DNA of 64,000 nt from Eubacteriales bacterium (GCA_045539135.1 JAZQET010000002.1:593-64592), one strand, 5' to 3'; positions 28,907-39,653 are shown, numbered from the stretch's first letter. Notes: a model not told the origin generated them from the sequence alone. Program-made: numbers and translations.

Positions 28907-29152
28907 ATGATGGAACATACTCAACCTTTTAAAATCAAAAACGACGAGAAATTGGAAATGAAAGCCGTTCTCGCCACCGTTTATGATGCCTTAAAGGAAA
29001 AAGGCTATAACCCCCTGAATCAGATCGTGGGATACATCTTGAGCGAAGATCCCACCTACATCACCAACCACAATAACGCCCGCGTGCTGATCCGCAAGAT
29101 CGACCGCGATGAATTATTGGGCGAATTGGTGAAGTTCTATTTGGAGCATTAA
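28907..29152 (+). CDS. IreB-family (UPF0297) regulatory phosphoprotein
   Basis: [40 protein letters not shown] matches the UPF0297/IreB block. Promoter-like TTGTGT-17-TATACT upstream. Confidence 0.7.
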   Translation: MMEHTQPFKIKNDEKLEMKAVLATVYDALKEKGYNPLNQIVGYILSEDPTYITNHNNARVLIRKIDRDELLGELVKFYLEH

Positions 29153-29163
29153 AAAGGGTACGC

Positions 29164-29202
29164 AAAACCCCCGCTGTTTGAAACAGCGGGGGTTCTTTTT
29201 TT
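29164..29202. terminator. Bidirectional terminator
   Basis: aaaacccccgctgtt tgaa acagcgggggtt followed by a T-run. Confidence 0.75.
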
Positions 29203-29208
29203 GATGGA

Positions 29209-30645
29209 TCACCGTTTTTGAATGAGGCGCAGATAGAATTCCACCGTTTTATGAATGGTGGGCAGCGGGATCCGCTCATCGTTGCCGTGGATGGTGCCCC
29301 GCTCCTCTTTGGAGAGAGCCATCGCAGAAAAGCGGTAAACATGATCGCTGATCCGACCATAGTGGCGGGAGTCACTGCACGCCAACATCAGGTAAGGAGA
29401 AACCAAGGTATTTTCCCAAGTGGCGGCAATGGCTTCCTGCAGGTGGGTCCATTGCTCGCAATCGGTCTCGGAGATGGCGGAAGGATCGCACCCTTCCATG
29501 CAAGAGACCTTCACCTGCGGATCATTGACGGTTTTGCGCACATACTCCAAGGTGCTCTCCACCGTTTCGCCGCTGATGATCCGCATATTGGCGGTCATCT
29601 TGGCATAGGGGGGCATTACATTCAGCCCCTTACTGCCCTGCATGGTGGTAAAGGCGCAGGTGGTGCGCATCAAGGCATTCAGCTCACCGCCGCTCTTTTT
29701 ACAGATCATATCCAACAAAGGCATAAAGCACCAAAGGTTGGCAAAGATCATCCGATAGAGGAAGGTGGAATGCCTGCCCAGCACATTGAACATCGCACCC
29801 ACCGGCTTGGTAAAGCGGCGGGGCGCGGGATTATTTTCCAATTTTACACAGGCGGCGGAAAGGTGCCCAACCGCGGTATGGCGGGGCGGAGAAGATGCGT
29901 GACCGCCGTTGCCGTCGAATTCAAAGGCCACATTCATCAAGCCCTTTTCCGCGGTACCTACCACCGCGCAGGCGCGCTTCACACCGGGGAACACATTTTC
30001 CACCACCGCGCCGCCTTCATCCACCACCATTTCGGGGCGGATACCTTGCTCTTCAAACCAACGGACGATGGCGGGAGCGCCGTTGCCGTTGATCTCCTCA
30101 TCCCCGCCAAAGGCGAGGTAGATATCCTTTTTGGGCACAAAGCCTTTGGCGATCAGGGTCTCCGCCGCCTGCAAAACACCGTTGAAGGTGCCCTTGGTAT
30201 CCAAGGTGCCGCGGCCCCAGAGCACACCGTCTTCGATAATGCCCTCAAAGGCAGGCTTTTGCCATTTATCCTCTTCCACCGAAACCACATCATAATGGGC
30301 CATCAGCACGGTGGGCGCCCCCTCTTCCTGCCCTTTCCAATGGAAGAGCAAGGCACGGGGGTCGGGACGATGAAGGGTACAGGTCTCATAAATATGAGGG
30401 AACATTTGAGGCAAAAGACCCATCAGCTTCTCAAATTCTTTTTCATCCTCATTGACGGGGTTTTTATCGGAAACGGTGCGGCAACGGATCATTGCCTGCA
30501 GATCACGCACCGCCTTTTCCCGATCAAACTCCATGGGAGCGGTATCAACTTTCGGCTCGGGCAAGGGGCGAAACAGTGCGGTGCGGATCAGCACCACCGC
30601 CAAAAACAGCCCCAAAAGACCGAGCAGGATCCATAAAATCATCAT
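29209..30645 (-). CDS. M20-family metallopeptidase (carboxypeptidase/dipeptidase-like) with an N-terminal signal anchor
   Basis: MAHYDVV, GRGTLDTKG and GGDEE metal/catalytic blocks. The N-terminal hydrophobic segment is MMILWILLGLLGLFLAVVLI. Confidence 0.8.
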   Translation of the reverse strand: MMILWILLGLLGLFLAVVLIRTALFRPLPEPKVDTAPMEFDREKAVRDLQAMIRCRTVSDKNPVNEDEKEFEKLMGLLPQMFPHIYETCTLHRPDPRALLFHWKGQEEGAPTVLMAHYDVVSVEEDKWQKPAFEGIIEDGVLWGRGTLDTKGTFNGVLQAAETLIAKGFVPKKDIYLAFGGDEEINGNGAPAIVRWFEEQGIRPEMVVDEGGAVVENVFPGVKRACAVVGTAEKGLMNVAFEFDGNGGHASSPPRHTAVGHLSAACVKLENNPAPRRFTKPVGAMFNVLGRHSTFLYRMIFANLWCFMPLLDMICKKSGGELNALMRTTCAFTTMQGSKGLNVMPPYAKMTANMRIISGETVESTLEYVRKTVNDPQVKVSCMEGCDPSAISETDCEQWTHLQEAIAATWENTLVSPYLMLACSDSRHYGRISDHVYRFSAMALSKEERGTIHGNDERIPLPTIHKTVEFYLRLIQKR

Positions 30646-31319
30646 TCCAATTTTCCTTTCTTATAAAGCACTCTTGCCACTGCAATGGCGATGAGGGCAC
30701 CGACGGGGACAAAGATGCCCACCAAACCGTCCAAGCCCTGCACACCCAGCATAGGCAGAATGATGTAGATGGCAAGCATCACCGAAACGGGGGCGATTGC
30801 CAGCTTCCAGTTGCGGGAGATATACACCACACCCAAAGCACCGAAGAGCGCAGGCAGGATATTATCAAAGGCGGGAGTCAGGGCAGGATCCTCCAGCACG
30901 GGAGTCAGAGGCACGATCATCAGCACGCCCAAGGCGATGATCAAAATGGTCACAATGGAGGAGGTTGCCACCGCGATGGTGGAGATGATCTCCCCTTCCT
31001 TCGAGCCGGGCTTCACCTCGGCATTTTCCATGGCATTCATGGCGCAAGGCGCCTTTAAGTTCGTGATATTTCCCGTTACAAAGGCAAGGTAGGAGCTCCC
31101 CGCACCCAGCATGGGAATATAGGTAAAGACTTCGATCAAGCCAACGGTCCAGAAAATGGGTGCCACACCGATCAAGCCTTTCAGCACAACGCCCCAATCG
31201 GGCTTCAACTGATAGAGGATGGCAACCAACACGGGAAACAGCACAATGGCAACCCCCGCAATGGCGCCCCATACACGGCCGTCGATATGAATTTGCTCTT
31301 CATAAGGTCTCTTTTTCAT
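30642..31319 (-). CDS. Hypothetical polytopic membrane protein
   Basis: ATG 31319. About 6 hydrophobic helices. 4-nt overlap with the M20 gene. No family recognised. Confidence 0.6.
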   Translation of the reverse strand: MKKRPYEEQIHIDGRVWGAIAGVAIVLFPVLVAILYQLKPDWGVVLKGLIGVAPIFWTVGLIEVFTYIPMLGAGSSYLAFVTGNITNLKAPCAMNAMENAEVKPGSKEGEIISTIAVATSSIVTILIIALGVLMIVPLTPVLEDPALTPAFDNILPALFGALGVVYISRNWKLAIAPVSVMLAIYIILPMLGVQGLDGLVGIFVPVGALIAIAVARVLYKKGKLE

Positions 31320-31324
31320 CTTAC

Positions 31325-32056
31325 TCAACCTCCGATCCAATTGGTAATGGGAATGGTTGCTACCATACCCACCAGCATACAAATGGGCAGGGCATAATCA
31401 TTGAGCCATTGCCATTTGGTCACCTTCATCAAAAGACCCATCAACGCCATACATACGGCGGAGACGAGCATCACAAACACCTTGATCCAGCCGGAAAGAC
31501 CGGTGCTGATATCGCAGAAGATCAGTCCCAAAAAGGCACTGATCATCCCCATAAAGAGGGCATTGGTCACGATCTCGCCCCATTTGGTGTCTTTTTTCTT
31601 CATATTATCCATTCCGCCCTGAATCTTTTTGCAAAGGATGGGCACCAGCACCAAGCCCACAATGATACCGATGGTCATCACAATGGAGATATTGAGGAAC
31701 TGCCCGCCGTCGATCACGGTGGTGGATTCCTCCAAAGAAGTGCCCGCCGCTTGGCAAGCCTGCTCGGCGGCAGTCAACTCATATGTAAGCGCGCCGATCA
31801 CCGAAAGGCGCAGCCAAGGAAGTGCCAAGCCCAATTTCTTGGACAGCACGATCACCCCCATCAGGATGGATACCGCAGGGGCGATGGTAAAGATTGCCGA
31901 AGAGATCACGGTCTTCCGCAGTTTGGTTTTGGCGATCCCCATCTCCACGCCCGCTTTCCAAGCGCGGATCAGAAAGAACACCGACTGGGCAGTGATCAGC
32001 AACAAAATGGCGCCGACAATGATAAACAAAATCGGACTGTTCAAACTGAATTCCAT
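31325..32056 (-). CDS. Hypothetical polytopic membrane protein
   Basis: 243 aa with multiple TM helices. Lies 5 nt upstream of the next membrane gene. No family recognised. Confidence 0.6.
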   Translation of the reverse strand: MEFSLNSPILFIIVGAILLLITAQSVFFLIRAWKAGVEMGIAKTKLRKTVISSAIFTIAPAVSILMGVIVLSKKLGLALPWLRLSVIGALTYELTAAEQACQAAGTSLEESTTVIDGGQFLNISIVMTIGIIVGLVLVPILCKKIQGGMDNMKKKDTKWGEIVTNALFMGMISAFLGLIFCDISTGLSGWIKVFVMLVSAVCMALMGLLMKVTKWQWLNDYALPICMLVGMVATIPITNWIGG

Positions 32057-32070
32057 AAATTCCTACTCCT

Positions 32071-33192
32071 TTATGCTTTGAAATATTGAAATACCTGACA
32101 TTCCAAGGTGCCGTTATACAGCTTGCGCCGCTTATCGGCAGGTCTGCCGAATAGTTTTTCAAACTCCTTATCGGGGGAGATCACAAAGTACCGCCACCCT
32201 TGCTTTTTGGGGAAGACCTTTCCCATCACTTTATAAAGCTTATGCGCCTGATCCAGATCCAAAAGACGCTCTCCATAGGGCGGGTTGGTCACTACCATTC
32301 CCCGCGGGGTATCGGGAGCAAAGTCTGCCACATCCGCCGCAGAAAAGTGAAGGCAATCCGCCACCCCTGCCCGCTTGGCATTATCCAGTGCCATCGCCGC
32401 CATTTTGGGATCCAGATCGGTTCCCACTCCGCGGAACGGGATCTCAGGGGTTGCCTTGGCGCGGGCGGCCTTCCGCCGCTCTCTCCAAAGCTCTTGGGGG
32501 AAGGCTTCCCAGTTTTCCGCTGCAAAGCCTCGACCTAAGCCTACCGCCATATTGCGGGCATACATCGCACCCTCGATCAAAAGGGTGCCGCTTCCGCAGA
32601 AGGGATCGTAAAGCACCGTATCGGGATAGGGGCGGGCAAGGGAAACCATTGCCGCCGCCAAGGTCTCCCGCAAGGGAGCGGGCTGCGCGGCAGGGCGATA
32701 GCCCCGCTTATGAAGGGCGTTGCCGGAGGTATCCAGCATCAAGACCGCCTGATCCTTGAAGATGGAAAAACGCACACTGTAAAGAGCGCCCTTTTCGGAA
32801 AAGACTGACCGATGATAGACTCCCTCTAACCGCCGCACAATGGCTTTTTTAATAATGGATTGGCAATCGGGAACACTGTGGAGCTTGGAGTTCAACGCGT
32901 GCCCCTTCACGGGGAACCGCCCGTCCACGGGGATCCACCGCTCCCAAGGAAGCTTACGCACCCCCTCAAACAGTTCTTCAAAACTGCGGGCGGGGAACCG
33001 CCCCAGCACGATCTCTACCCGTTGCCCCGTGCGCAGCCACAGGTTGGCATCCACCACCGTTTCGGCGGTGCCGCTGAAGAAAACTCTGCCGTTTTCTGCC
33101 TGCACTTCCTGCGCACCGATATTTTTCAGCTCATTGGCCACAAAGGATTCCAAGCCAAACAAGCAAGGAACGCAACATTGAATTTCCGTCAT
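32071..33192 (-). CDS. THUMP-domain class I SAM-dependent RNA methyltransferase (RlmL/YpsC-like)
   Basis: N-terminal THUMP-like region, SAM fold DPFCGSGT, and catalytic NPPYGERL. Confidence 0.8.
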   Translation of the reverse strand: MTEIQCCVPCLFGLESFVANELKNIGAQEVQAENGRVFFSGTAETVVDANLWLRTGQRVEIVLGRFPARSFEELFEGVRKLPWERWIPVDGRFPVKGHALNSKLHSVPDCQSIIKKAIVRRLEGVYHRSVFSEKGALYSVRFSIFKDQAVLMLDTSGNALHKRGYRPAAQPAPLRETLAAAMVSLARPYPDTVLYDPFCGSGTLLIEGAMYARNMAVGLGRGFAAENWEAFPQELWRERRKAARAKATPEIPFRGVGTDLDPKMAAMALDNAKRAGVADCLHFSAADVADFAPDTPRGMVVTNPPYGERLLDLDQAHKLYKVMGKVFPKKQGWRYFVISPDKEFEKLFGRPADKRRKLYNGTLECQVFQYFKA

Positions 33193-33282
33193 ATAAACAC
33201 CTCAATGGATATTCTACCATAGAATTATAAAAAATGGAACTTAAAACTTGAAGTTTTCCCATTAAATCTTTATAATGAGGGT

Positions 33283-34155
33283 ATGAAGATCTATACATTC
33301 AACGAACATTGCTTGGACACCTACGGGGAAAAGCTTTATAAACTCTCATTGGACGCAGGCTTCTCCTGCCCCAACCGCTTAAGCCGCCAAGAGGGCGGGT
33401 GTGCCTTCTGCGCGGGAGGAAGCGGATTTTTTAATCCCACGGGCACCTTGGAGCAGCAGATCGAAGCCGCTAAGGAGCAGGTAAAAGATAAATTCAAGGG
33501 CGGGCGGTACATTGCCTACTTCCAAAGCTACACCAACACCTATGCGCCTACCGAGCAGTTGCGCGCACTTTTCACTCCCATTGCCCTGCGGGAGGATATT
33601 GCCGCCCTTTCCATCGGCACCCGCCCCGATTGCCTGCCCGAAGAAACGGTTGCTTTTTTAGGCGAGCTTTCCCAAATCAAACCCCTCTATATCGAATTGG
33701 GTCTGCAAACGGCAAAGGACAGCACCGCGGAGCAATTCGGACGGAGCTACCCCACCTCCCGCTTTACGGAAGCGGTCAAAGTGCTGAAGCAATACCCCAA
33801 CATTCATATTGTTGCCCACCTGATGATCGGTCTGCCCAACGAGACCAAGGAAGACCTTTTGGAGACGGTGCGCACCGTCAATGAGGCGGGAATTCACGGT
33901 GTAAAACTACACTTATTGCATATTTTGGAAGGAACCCCCTATGCCGACCTCTATCGGGCAGGAACGATCAAGCCGCTCTCCCTGGAGGAATATGCCGACC
34001 TGCTGCTGGCGGCGCTGAAAGCCTTAAAGGAAGGCACGGTGATCCATCGCTTCACCGGCGACGGTCCCAAAGCCCTGCTTTTAGCCCCTCTTTGGAGCGG
34101 AGATAAGAAAAAAGTGTTGAATTATCTGAATAAACGCATAAAAGAAACGCCGTAA
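33283..34155 (+). CDS. TIGR01212-family radical SAM protein (YhcC-like)
   Basis: Unusual cluster FSCPNR...GGCAFCAGG and an Elp3-like core. Confidence 0.8.
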   Translation: MKIYTFNEHCLDTYGEKLYKLSLDAGFSCPNRLSRQEGGCAFCAGGSGFFNPTGTLEQQIEAAKEQVKDKFKGGRYIAYFQSYTNTYAPTEQLRALFTPIALREDIAALSIGTRPDCLPEETVAFLGELSQIKPLYIELGLQTAKDSTAEQFGRSYPTSRFTEAVKVLKQYPNIHIVAHLMIGLPNETKEDLLETVRTVNEAGIHGVKLHLLHILEGTPYADLYRAGTIKPLSLEEYADLLLAALKALKEGTVIHRFTGDGPKALLLAPLWSGDKKKVLNYLNKRIKETP

Positions 34156-34180
34156 AGTCCAAAGACTTTACGGCGTTTTA

Positions 34181-34399
34181 TTATTTGGTGCGGTTCTTGG
34201 CTTTTCGATGGAGGATCCATCCGATCAGCAAAGAGATCAAAGCGGGCAGTAAAAAGTAGATACTGTCCACAAGGATCCACAGGTAAAAGGGCGCAGAGTT
34301 CAGGGTGGAGTTATAGACCCCGTAATCGATCAGGACTTTGATGATAAATCCAAGGGTCAGCAAAAGGCTTGCCCCATAGAAAAAGAAATGCTTCTTCAT
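34181..34399 (-). CDS. Small hypothetical membrane protein
   Basis: ATG 34399 follows agaggg. 72 aa with two TM helices. Downstream of glpK. Confidence 0.45.
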   Translation of the reverse strand: MKKHFFFYGASLLLTLGFIIKVLIDYGVYNSTLNSAPFYLWILVDSIYFLLPALISLLIGWILHRKAKNRTK

Positions 34400-34418
34400 T
34401 TTATGTACCCTCTGCACT

Positions 34419-35903
34419 TCACTTAAACATACGCGTGGCGGCAACGGCGGTCTTCCACCGTGCCATCAGTTCCTCTGCTTTTTCTTTGGAGAGGATGGGT
34501 CCCCAACGGTTACTGATAATATTCTTGGTTTTCAGGTCTGCCTCTTCCCGCCAGAAGCCGGTGGCAAGACCTGCCAAAAAGGCGGCACCCAAGGCGGTGG
34601 ATTCGCTGATCATGGGGCGGCGCAATTCCGCTTGGAGCAGGTCTGCCTGAAATTGCATTAAAATGGGATTGGCGGTGGCTCCGCCGTCTACCTGCAAGAT
34701 CTTAATGGGTCTGCCCAAGGACTCTTCCATGGCTTTCAGCACATCGGCAGTTTGATAGGCAATCGCCTCCAAGCAAGCGCGGATCAGGTGGTTACGGTTG
34801 GTGCCGCGGGTCATTCCGAAGACCGCACCGCGGGCTTCGCTATCCCAATAGGGTGCGCCCAAGCCGGTGAAGGCGGGCACCACGATCACCCCGCCGCTAT
34901 CGGGCACTTTGGCGGCGAAATAAGCACTGTCTGCCGATTCATTGATCAGCTTCAGCTCATCCCGCAGCCATTGGACCACCGCTCCGCCGATAAAGACGCT
35001 GCCCTCCAGGCAATAGCAAGGCTCGCCGCTTGCGGTGGCACCCAAGGTGACCAAAAGACCGCTCTCTTTCACATCGGGCGGATTAAAGCCCATATTCATC
35101 AGCGCAAAGCAACCGGTGCCGTAAGTGGATTTCAGATCCCCCTCGGCAAAGCCGCAATGACCGTAAAGGGCGGCCTGCTGATCCCCCGCCACACCGGTGA
35201 TGGGCACCTCTGCACCCAGCACCTCGGCAACACCGAAATCGCCGGAGGAGGGGCGCACTTCAGGCAGCATACAAGCGGGGATGTTCAGCACCTCCAAAAG
35301 GTGGGCATCCCAGCAACGGTTATAAATATCATAAAGCATGGTGCGGGAAGCGTTGGTATAATCGGTGGCGTGCACCTTTCCGCCGGTGAGCTTCCAAATT
35401 AAATAAGTATCCACCGTACCGAAGAGCAGTTCTCCTGCTTCGGCGCGGGCGCGGGCACCTTCTATATGCTCCAAGATCCAATGGAGTTTCGTGGCTGAAA
35501 AATAGGGATCCACCACCAAGCCGGTGTGGGCACGGATATAGTCCCCTTCTTTTTCTTCCAATTCCTTGCAAAACTCTGCGGTGCGGCGGCACTGCCACAC
35601 AATGGCATTGCAGATGGGCTCGCCGGTGGCTTTATCCCAAACAATGGTGGTTTCACGCTGGTTGGTGATGCCGATCCCCGCGATCTCTTCGGGAGAGATC
35701 CCTGCCGAAAGGACCGCCTCGGTCAACACCCCGTATTGAGAGACCCAAATATCCAAGGGGCGCTGCTCCACCCAGCCGGGTTGAGGATAAAAGATCTGAA
35801 ATTCTTTTTGGGCAACTGCCATAATATTGAGCTCTTTATCGAAGATGATACACCGGGAGCTGGTGGTTCCTTGATCCAATGCCACAACATATTTTCGCTT
35901 CAT
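34419..35903 (-). CDS. glpK: Glycerol kinase
   Basis: [10 protein letters not shown] phosphate-1 motif and FGGY-family blocks. ATG 35903 follows GGAGGA. Confidence 0.95.
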   Translation of the reverse strand: MKRKYVVALDQGTTSSRCIIFDKELNIMAVAQKEFQIFYPQPGWVEQRPLDIWVSQYGVLTEAVLSAGISPEEIAGIGITNQRETTIVWDKATGEPICNAIVWQCRRTAEFCKELEEKEGDYIRAHTGLVVDPYFSATKLHWILEHIEGARARAEAGELLFGTVDTYLIWKLTGGKVHATDYTNASRTMLYDIYNRCWDAHLLEVLNIPACMLPEVRPSSGDFGVAEVLGAEVPITGVAGDQQAALYGHCGFAEGDLKSTYGTGCFALMNMGFNPPDVKESGLLVTLGATASGEPCYCLEGSVFIGGAVVQWLRDELKLINESADSAYFAAKVPDSGGVIVVPAFTGLGAPYWDSEARGAVFGMTRGTNRNHLIRACLEAIAYQTADVLKAMEESLGRPIKILQVDGGATANPILMQFQADLLQAELRRPMISESTALGAAFLAGLATGFWREEADLKTKNIISNRWGPILSKEKAEELMARWKTAVAATRMFK

Positions 35904-35991
35904 TGCCTGATCCTCCACATTTTGTATTTATTTTTCGTGATATCCACTAAATACAGTATAACACATCAAAAAGATTTGTTCAATTCCTTTC

Positions 35992-36020
35992 TTGACTTTC
36001 TGCAAAAAATTTGTTACTAT
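35992..36020 (+). promoter_or_regulatory. Sigma70-type promoter for pflB
   Basis: TTGACT (35992-35997), 17-nt spacer, TACTAT (36015-36020). Implies a roughly 145-nt leader. Confidence 0.5.
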
Positions 36021-36166
36021 TAGGGTAACAACAAGAAGCCTTTGACGCTCTGACGGCATAAAGTGAGTCCACACTGTGAGTTCAAGGGTTATAACGCCGA
36101 CCGTCTGGGCAGGATACGCTTCTTCGAGTGTATGCTGTCCTTTTTTATTTTTCAGGAGGTATCCAA

Positions 36167-38395
36167 ATGTTTACGGAATGGAACGGATTTAAACAGGGAA
36201 AATGGCAGGACGAGATCAATGTGCGGGATTTCATCCAAAGCAACTATACTCCCTATGAGGGAGATGAAGATTTTCTTGCCGCCCCCACCCCGCGCACCGA
36301 GCAACTGCTCGCCAAGGTAGAAGCCCTTTTTGCCGAGGAGCAAAAGCGAGGCGGTGTGCTGGATATTGATACCGAGACCGTCAGTTCCTTAACCAGCTAT
36401 CCGGCAGGATATATTGAGAAAGAGTTAGAGCTGATCGTGGGTCTTCAGACCGATGCGCCCTTGAAGCGGGGAGTCAACCCCTTCGGCGGCATCAATATGA
36501 CCCGCAAGGCCTGCAAGGCATACGGCTATACCTTATCCCCCAAGGTGGAGGAAGAATTCCAATATCGCACCACCCATAACGACGGTGTTTTCCGTGTTTA
36601 CAATAAAGAGATCCGCGCCGCACGGCACAACGGCATCATCACCGGTCTGCCCGATGCCTACGGCAGAGGGCGCATCATCGGCGATTACCGTCGGGTGGCG
36701 CTTTACGGCATCGACCGCCTGATCGCCGCCAAGGAAGCGGATAAAGAGGCACTCTCCCACTTCGCCTTTGATGCGGAGACCATTCGCCGCTTGGAGGAGC
36801 TTTATCAGCAGATCGCCTTTTTGGGCAAGCTGAAGGAAATGGCAGCCCTTTACGGTTATGATATCTCCCGCCCTGCGGCAAATGCCAAAGAGGCGGTGCA
36901 ATGGCTCTATTTCGGCTATCTTGCCGCCAATAAGGAGCAAAACGGCGCCGCCATGAGTTTGGGCAGAACCGCTACCTTCTTGGATATCTATTTCACCCGC
37001 GATCTTGAAGCGGGAGTTCTTACCGAAGAGCAGGCGCAGGAGCTGATGGACGATTTTGTGATCAAACTGCGGTGCGCCCGCCATTTGAGAACACCGGAAT
37101 ATAACGAGCTGTTTGCAGGGGATCCCATGTGGATCACCGAAGCTTTGGGCGGTATGGGGGAAGACGGCAGAACCTTGGTGACCAAAAATACCTATCGGTT
37201 CCTGCATACCCTTTATAACCTAAAGCCCTCTGCCGAGCCCAACCTGACCGTGCTTTGGTCCCGCGACCTGCCCGCCGCCTTTAAGCGCTATTGCGCCAAG
37301 GTTTCGGAGGAGACCTGCTCCATTCAATATGAAAACGACGATCTGATGCGTCCCGTATACGGGGATGATTATGCCATCGCCTGCTGTGTTTCCGCCATGC
37401 GGGTGGGCAAAGATATGCAATTCTTCGGTGCACGCGCCAATCTGGCAAAACTGCTTCTGTACAGCCTCAACGGCGGCAGAGATGAAAAGACCGGCGACCA
37501 AGTGGCGCCCGCCTACCCCGCCTATGAGGGAGAGTATTTGGAGTATGATAAGGTAACGGCTTTATTGGATCAGTACCGTCCTTGGCTTGCCAAGACCTAT
37601 GTGAGCGCCATGAATATGATCCATTATATGCACGATAAATATGCCTATGAAAAGACTCAGATGGCACTCCACGATACCGAGGTTCATCGGTATATGGCCT
37701 TCGGTGCGGCAGGGCTTTCGGTGGTTGCCGACTCCCTTTCCGCCATCAAATATGCCAAGGTGCGCCCCATTCGGGATGAGCGGGGTCTGATCACCGATTT
37801 TGAGATCGAGGGCACCTTCCCCACCTACGGCAACAATGACGATCGGGTGGATGCCATCGCCACCCAACAGGTGCAGGCCTTCTATGAGGAACTGAAAAAG
37901 AACCCCACCTATCGGAATGCGGAGCATACTCTTTCCATTTTGACCATCACTTCCAATGTGGTATACGGTAAAAAGACCGGCGCCACCCCCGACGGCAGAA
38001 AGGCAGGCGAGCCCTTTGCCCCCGGTGCCAACCCCATGCACGGCAGAGAGAAAAACGGTGCCCTTGCCTCCTTAAACTCGGTAGCGAAAATTTCTTATAA
38101 TTATTGCAAAGACGGAATTTCCAACACCTTCTCGGTGATCCCCTCGGCATTGGGAAACACCCTCCCCGAACGGCAGGAAAACCTTTCCGCCATTTTGGAT
38201 GGTTATTTTGCTCAAAAGGCGCAGCATATCAATGTGAATGTGCTGAAGCGGGAGACCCTTTTGGATGCCAAAGCCCACCCCGAAAAGTATCCCAACCTGA
38301 CCATTCGGGTCAGCGGCTATGCGGTGAATTTCCATAAGCTCTCCCCTGCCCAGCAGGACGAGGTGATCGCCCGCACCTTCCACGAGGCGCTGTGA
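36167..38395 (+). CDS. pflB: Formate C-acetyltransferase (pyruvate formate-lyase)
   Basis: Glycyl-radical motif [11 protein letters not shown] near the C-terminus and active-site Cys pair (IACCVS). ATG 36167 follows AGGAGG. Confidence 0.95.
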   Translation: MFTEWNGFKQGKWQDEINVRDFIQSNYTPYEGDEDFLAAPTPRTEQLLAKVEALFAEEQKRGGVLDIDTETVSSLTSYPAGYIEKELELIVGLQTDAPLKRGVNPFGGINMTRKACKAYGYTLSPKVEEEFQYRTTHNDGVFRVYNKEIRAARHNGIITGLPDAYGRGRIIGDYRRVALYGIDRLIAAKEADKEALSHFAFDAETIRRLEELYQQIAFLGKLKEMAALYGYDISRPAANAKEAVQWLYFGYLAANKEQNGAAMSLGRTATFLDIYFTRDLEAGVLTEEQAQELMDDFVIKLRCARHLRTPEYNELFAGDPMWITEALGGMGEDGRTLVTKNTYRFLHTLYNLKPSAEPNLTVLWSRDLPAAFKRYCAKVSEETCSIQYENDDLMRPVYGDDYAIACCVSAMRVGKDMQFFGARANLAKLLLYSLNGGRDEKTGDQVAPAYPAYEGEYLEYDKVTALLDQYRPWLAKTYVSAMNMIHYMHDKYAYEKTQMALHDTEVHRYMAFGAAGLSVVADSLSAIKYAKVRPIRDERGLITDFEIEGTFPTYGNNDDRVDAIATQQVQAFYEELKKNPTYRNAEHTLSILTITSNVVYGKKTGATPDGRKAGEPFAPGANPMHGREKNGALASLNSVAKISYNYCKDGISNTFSVIPSALGNTLPERQENLSAILDGYFAQKAQHINVNVLKRETLLDAKAHPEKYPNLTIRVSGYAVNFHKLSPAQQDEVIARTFHEAL

Positions 38396-39111
38396 TGCGC
38401 GGGCGCATCCATTCCTTTGAATCCATGGCCTGTGCCGACGGTCCGGGCGTTCGCTTCGCGGTGTTCTTTCAGGGATGCCCTCTGCGGTGCGCCTATTGCC
38501 ATAACCCCGATACATGGGAGGGCGCAGGCGGCAGCGACTACACCGTCGAAGAGATTCTGCAAAAAGCCTTGCCTTATCGCCCTTATTTCGGTAAAAAGGG
38601 CGGTATTACCGTAAGCGGAGGCGAGCCCCTGCTCCAAGGAGAATTCCTTGCAGAACTTATGAAACAGGCAAAAGAGGCCGATCTGCATACGGTTTTGGAC
38701 ACCTCCGCTTCGGCAGGAGAAGCCCATTGGGCAAAGGTGCTTGCTTATACCGACCTTGCCTTGGTGGATGTGAAGTTTACCACAGAGGAGCTTTATCGCG
38801 CCCATACGGGCGGCTCTCTTCAAAAGGTGCTCTCCTTTATGAAGGCGGCAGAAAACGCAGGCGTGCCCCTTTGGATCCGCCATGTGGTGGTTCCCAACCT
38901 CACCGATAAAGATCTTCCCCAACTGCTGGAACTTCTGGAACCTTTTTCCAATATTCAGCGGCTGGAGCTGCTCCCCTTCCGTAAGATCTGCTTGCAGAAA
39001 TATCGGCAGTTGAATCTGCCCTTTCCCGCAGAACAGTACCCCGAATGCTCCCAAGAGCTTCTTGCTTCTTTGCAAAAACAAATTCCCCAAAAATATCTTT
39101 ATATTTCTTGA
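38395..39111 (+). CDS. pflA: Pyruvate formate-lyase activating enzyme
   Basis: GCPLRCAYCHNPD radical SAM cluster and GGITVSGGEPLLQ. The ATG overlaps the pflB stop (GTGATG). Confidence 0.9.
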   Translation: MRGRIHSFESMACADGPGVRFAVFFQGCPLRCAYCHNPDTWEGAGGSDYTVEEILQKALPYRPYFGKKGGITVSGGEPLLQGEFLAELMKQAKEADLHTVLDTSASAGEAHWAKVLAYTDLALVDVKFTTEELYRAHTGGSLQKVLSFMKAAENAGVPLWIRHVVVPNLTDKDLPQLLELLEPFSNIQRLELLPFRKICLQKYRQLNLPFPAEQYPECSQELLASLQKQIPQKYLYIS

Positions 39112-39208
39112 AATTTATGGTATGATAAGGTTAAGATAACAAGAATAATTCGAACCTGTTTTGAAAAGGCGGATTATTCTTGTCACCTTAAGAAGGAGGT
39201 TGAACTCT

Positions 39209-39514
39209 ATGGCAGTGATCCATTTGAACCAAGAAAACTTTGAAGAGGTAACCCGCGAAGGGATCGTCCTCATTGATTTTTTTGCCACTTGGTGCGGCCC
39301 TTGCAAAATGCTTGCGCCCCTGATCGACCAACTGGCAGAGGAAAATCCCGATAAAAAGATCTGTAAGATCGATGTGGATAAAAATCCCGCTTTGGCAGAG
39401 CGCTTCGGTGTGATGAGCATCCCCACCCTGATTTTGATGAAAAACGGAACCCCCGTGGAAAAAGCGGTGGGCGCTCGCTCCAAAAAAGCCTTGGAAGAAT
39501 TCTTGAATCAGTAA
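39209..39514 (+). CDS. trxA: Thioredoxin
   Basis: WCGPC active site, 101 aa. ATG 39209 follows AAGGAGG. Confidence 0.95.
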   Translation: MAVIHLNQENFEEVTREGIVLIDFFATWCGPCKMLAPLIDQLAEENPDKKICKIDVDKNPALAERFGVMSIPTLILMKNGTPVEKAVGARSKKALEEFLNQ

Positions 39515-39520
39515 ACCGTA

Positions 39521-39563
39521 AAAAGGTCTGTGTCCGAGACACAGACCTTTTCGTTTGTTTTTT
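39521..39563 (+). terminator. Intrinsic terminator of trxA
   Basis: aaaggtctgtgtc cga gacacagaccttt followed by a T-rich run. Confidence 0.8.
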
Positions 39564-39567
39564 ACAA

Positions 39568-39651
39568 GACCGCTCAAATCGGATGCAGATCGCCGTTTCT
39601 TCAGGCGAAGATGTATGTCGATACATCGAGGCTGAAAAACGGCGAAGACAT
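39568..39651 (+). repeat. Dispersed roughly 80-nt structured repeat, copy A
   Basis: Inner hairpin gatgtat gtcg atacatc (39610-39627). Closing pairing tcgccgttt (39590-39598) with aaacggcga (39637-39645). Homologous to 11352-11434. Confidence 0.6.
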
Positions 39652-39653
39652 AA

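Noticed and set aside
29218-30636. 472-aa plus-strand ORF antisense to the M20 peptidase gene
   Set aside because: The same shadow-ORF argument applies. The M20 motifs are on the minus strand.
36063-36320. 85-aa plus-strand ORF and the upstream extension of the pflB ORF (36128)
   Set aside because: The ATG at 36167 has a canonical AGGAGG RBS and yields the conserved PFL N-terminus (MFTEWNGF...). The upstream codons lie in the leader.
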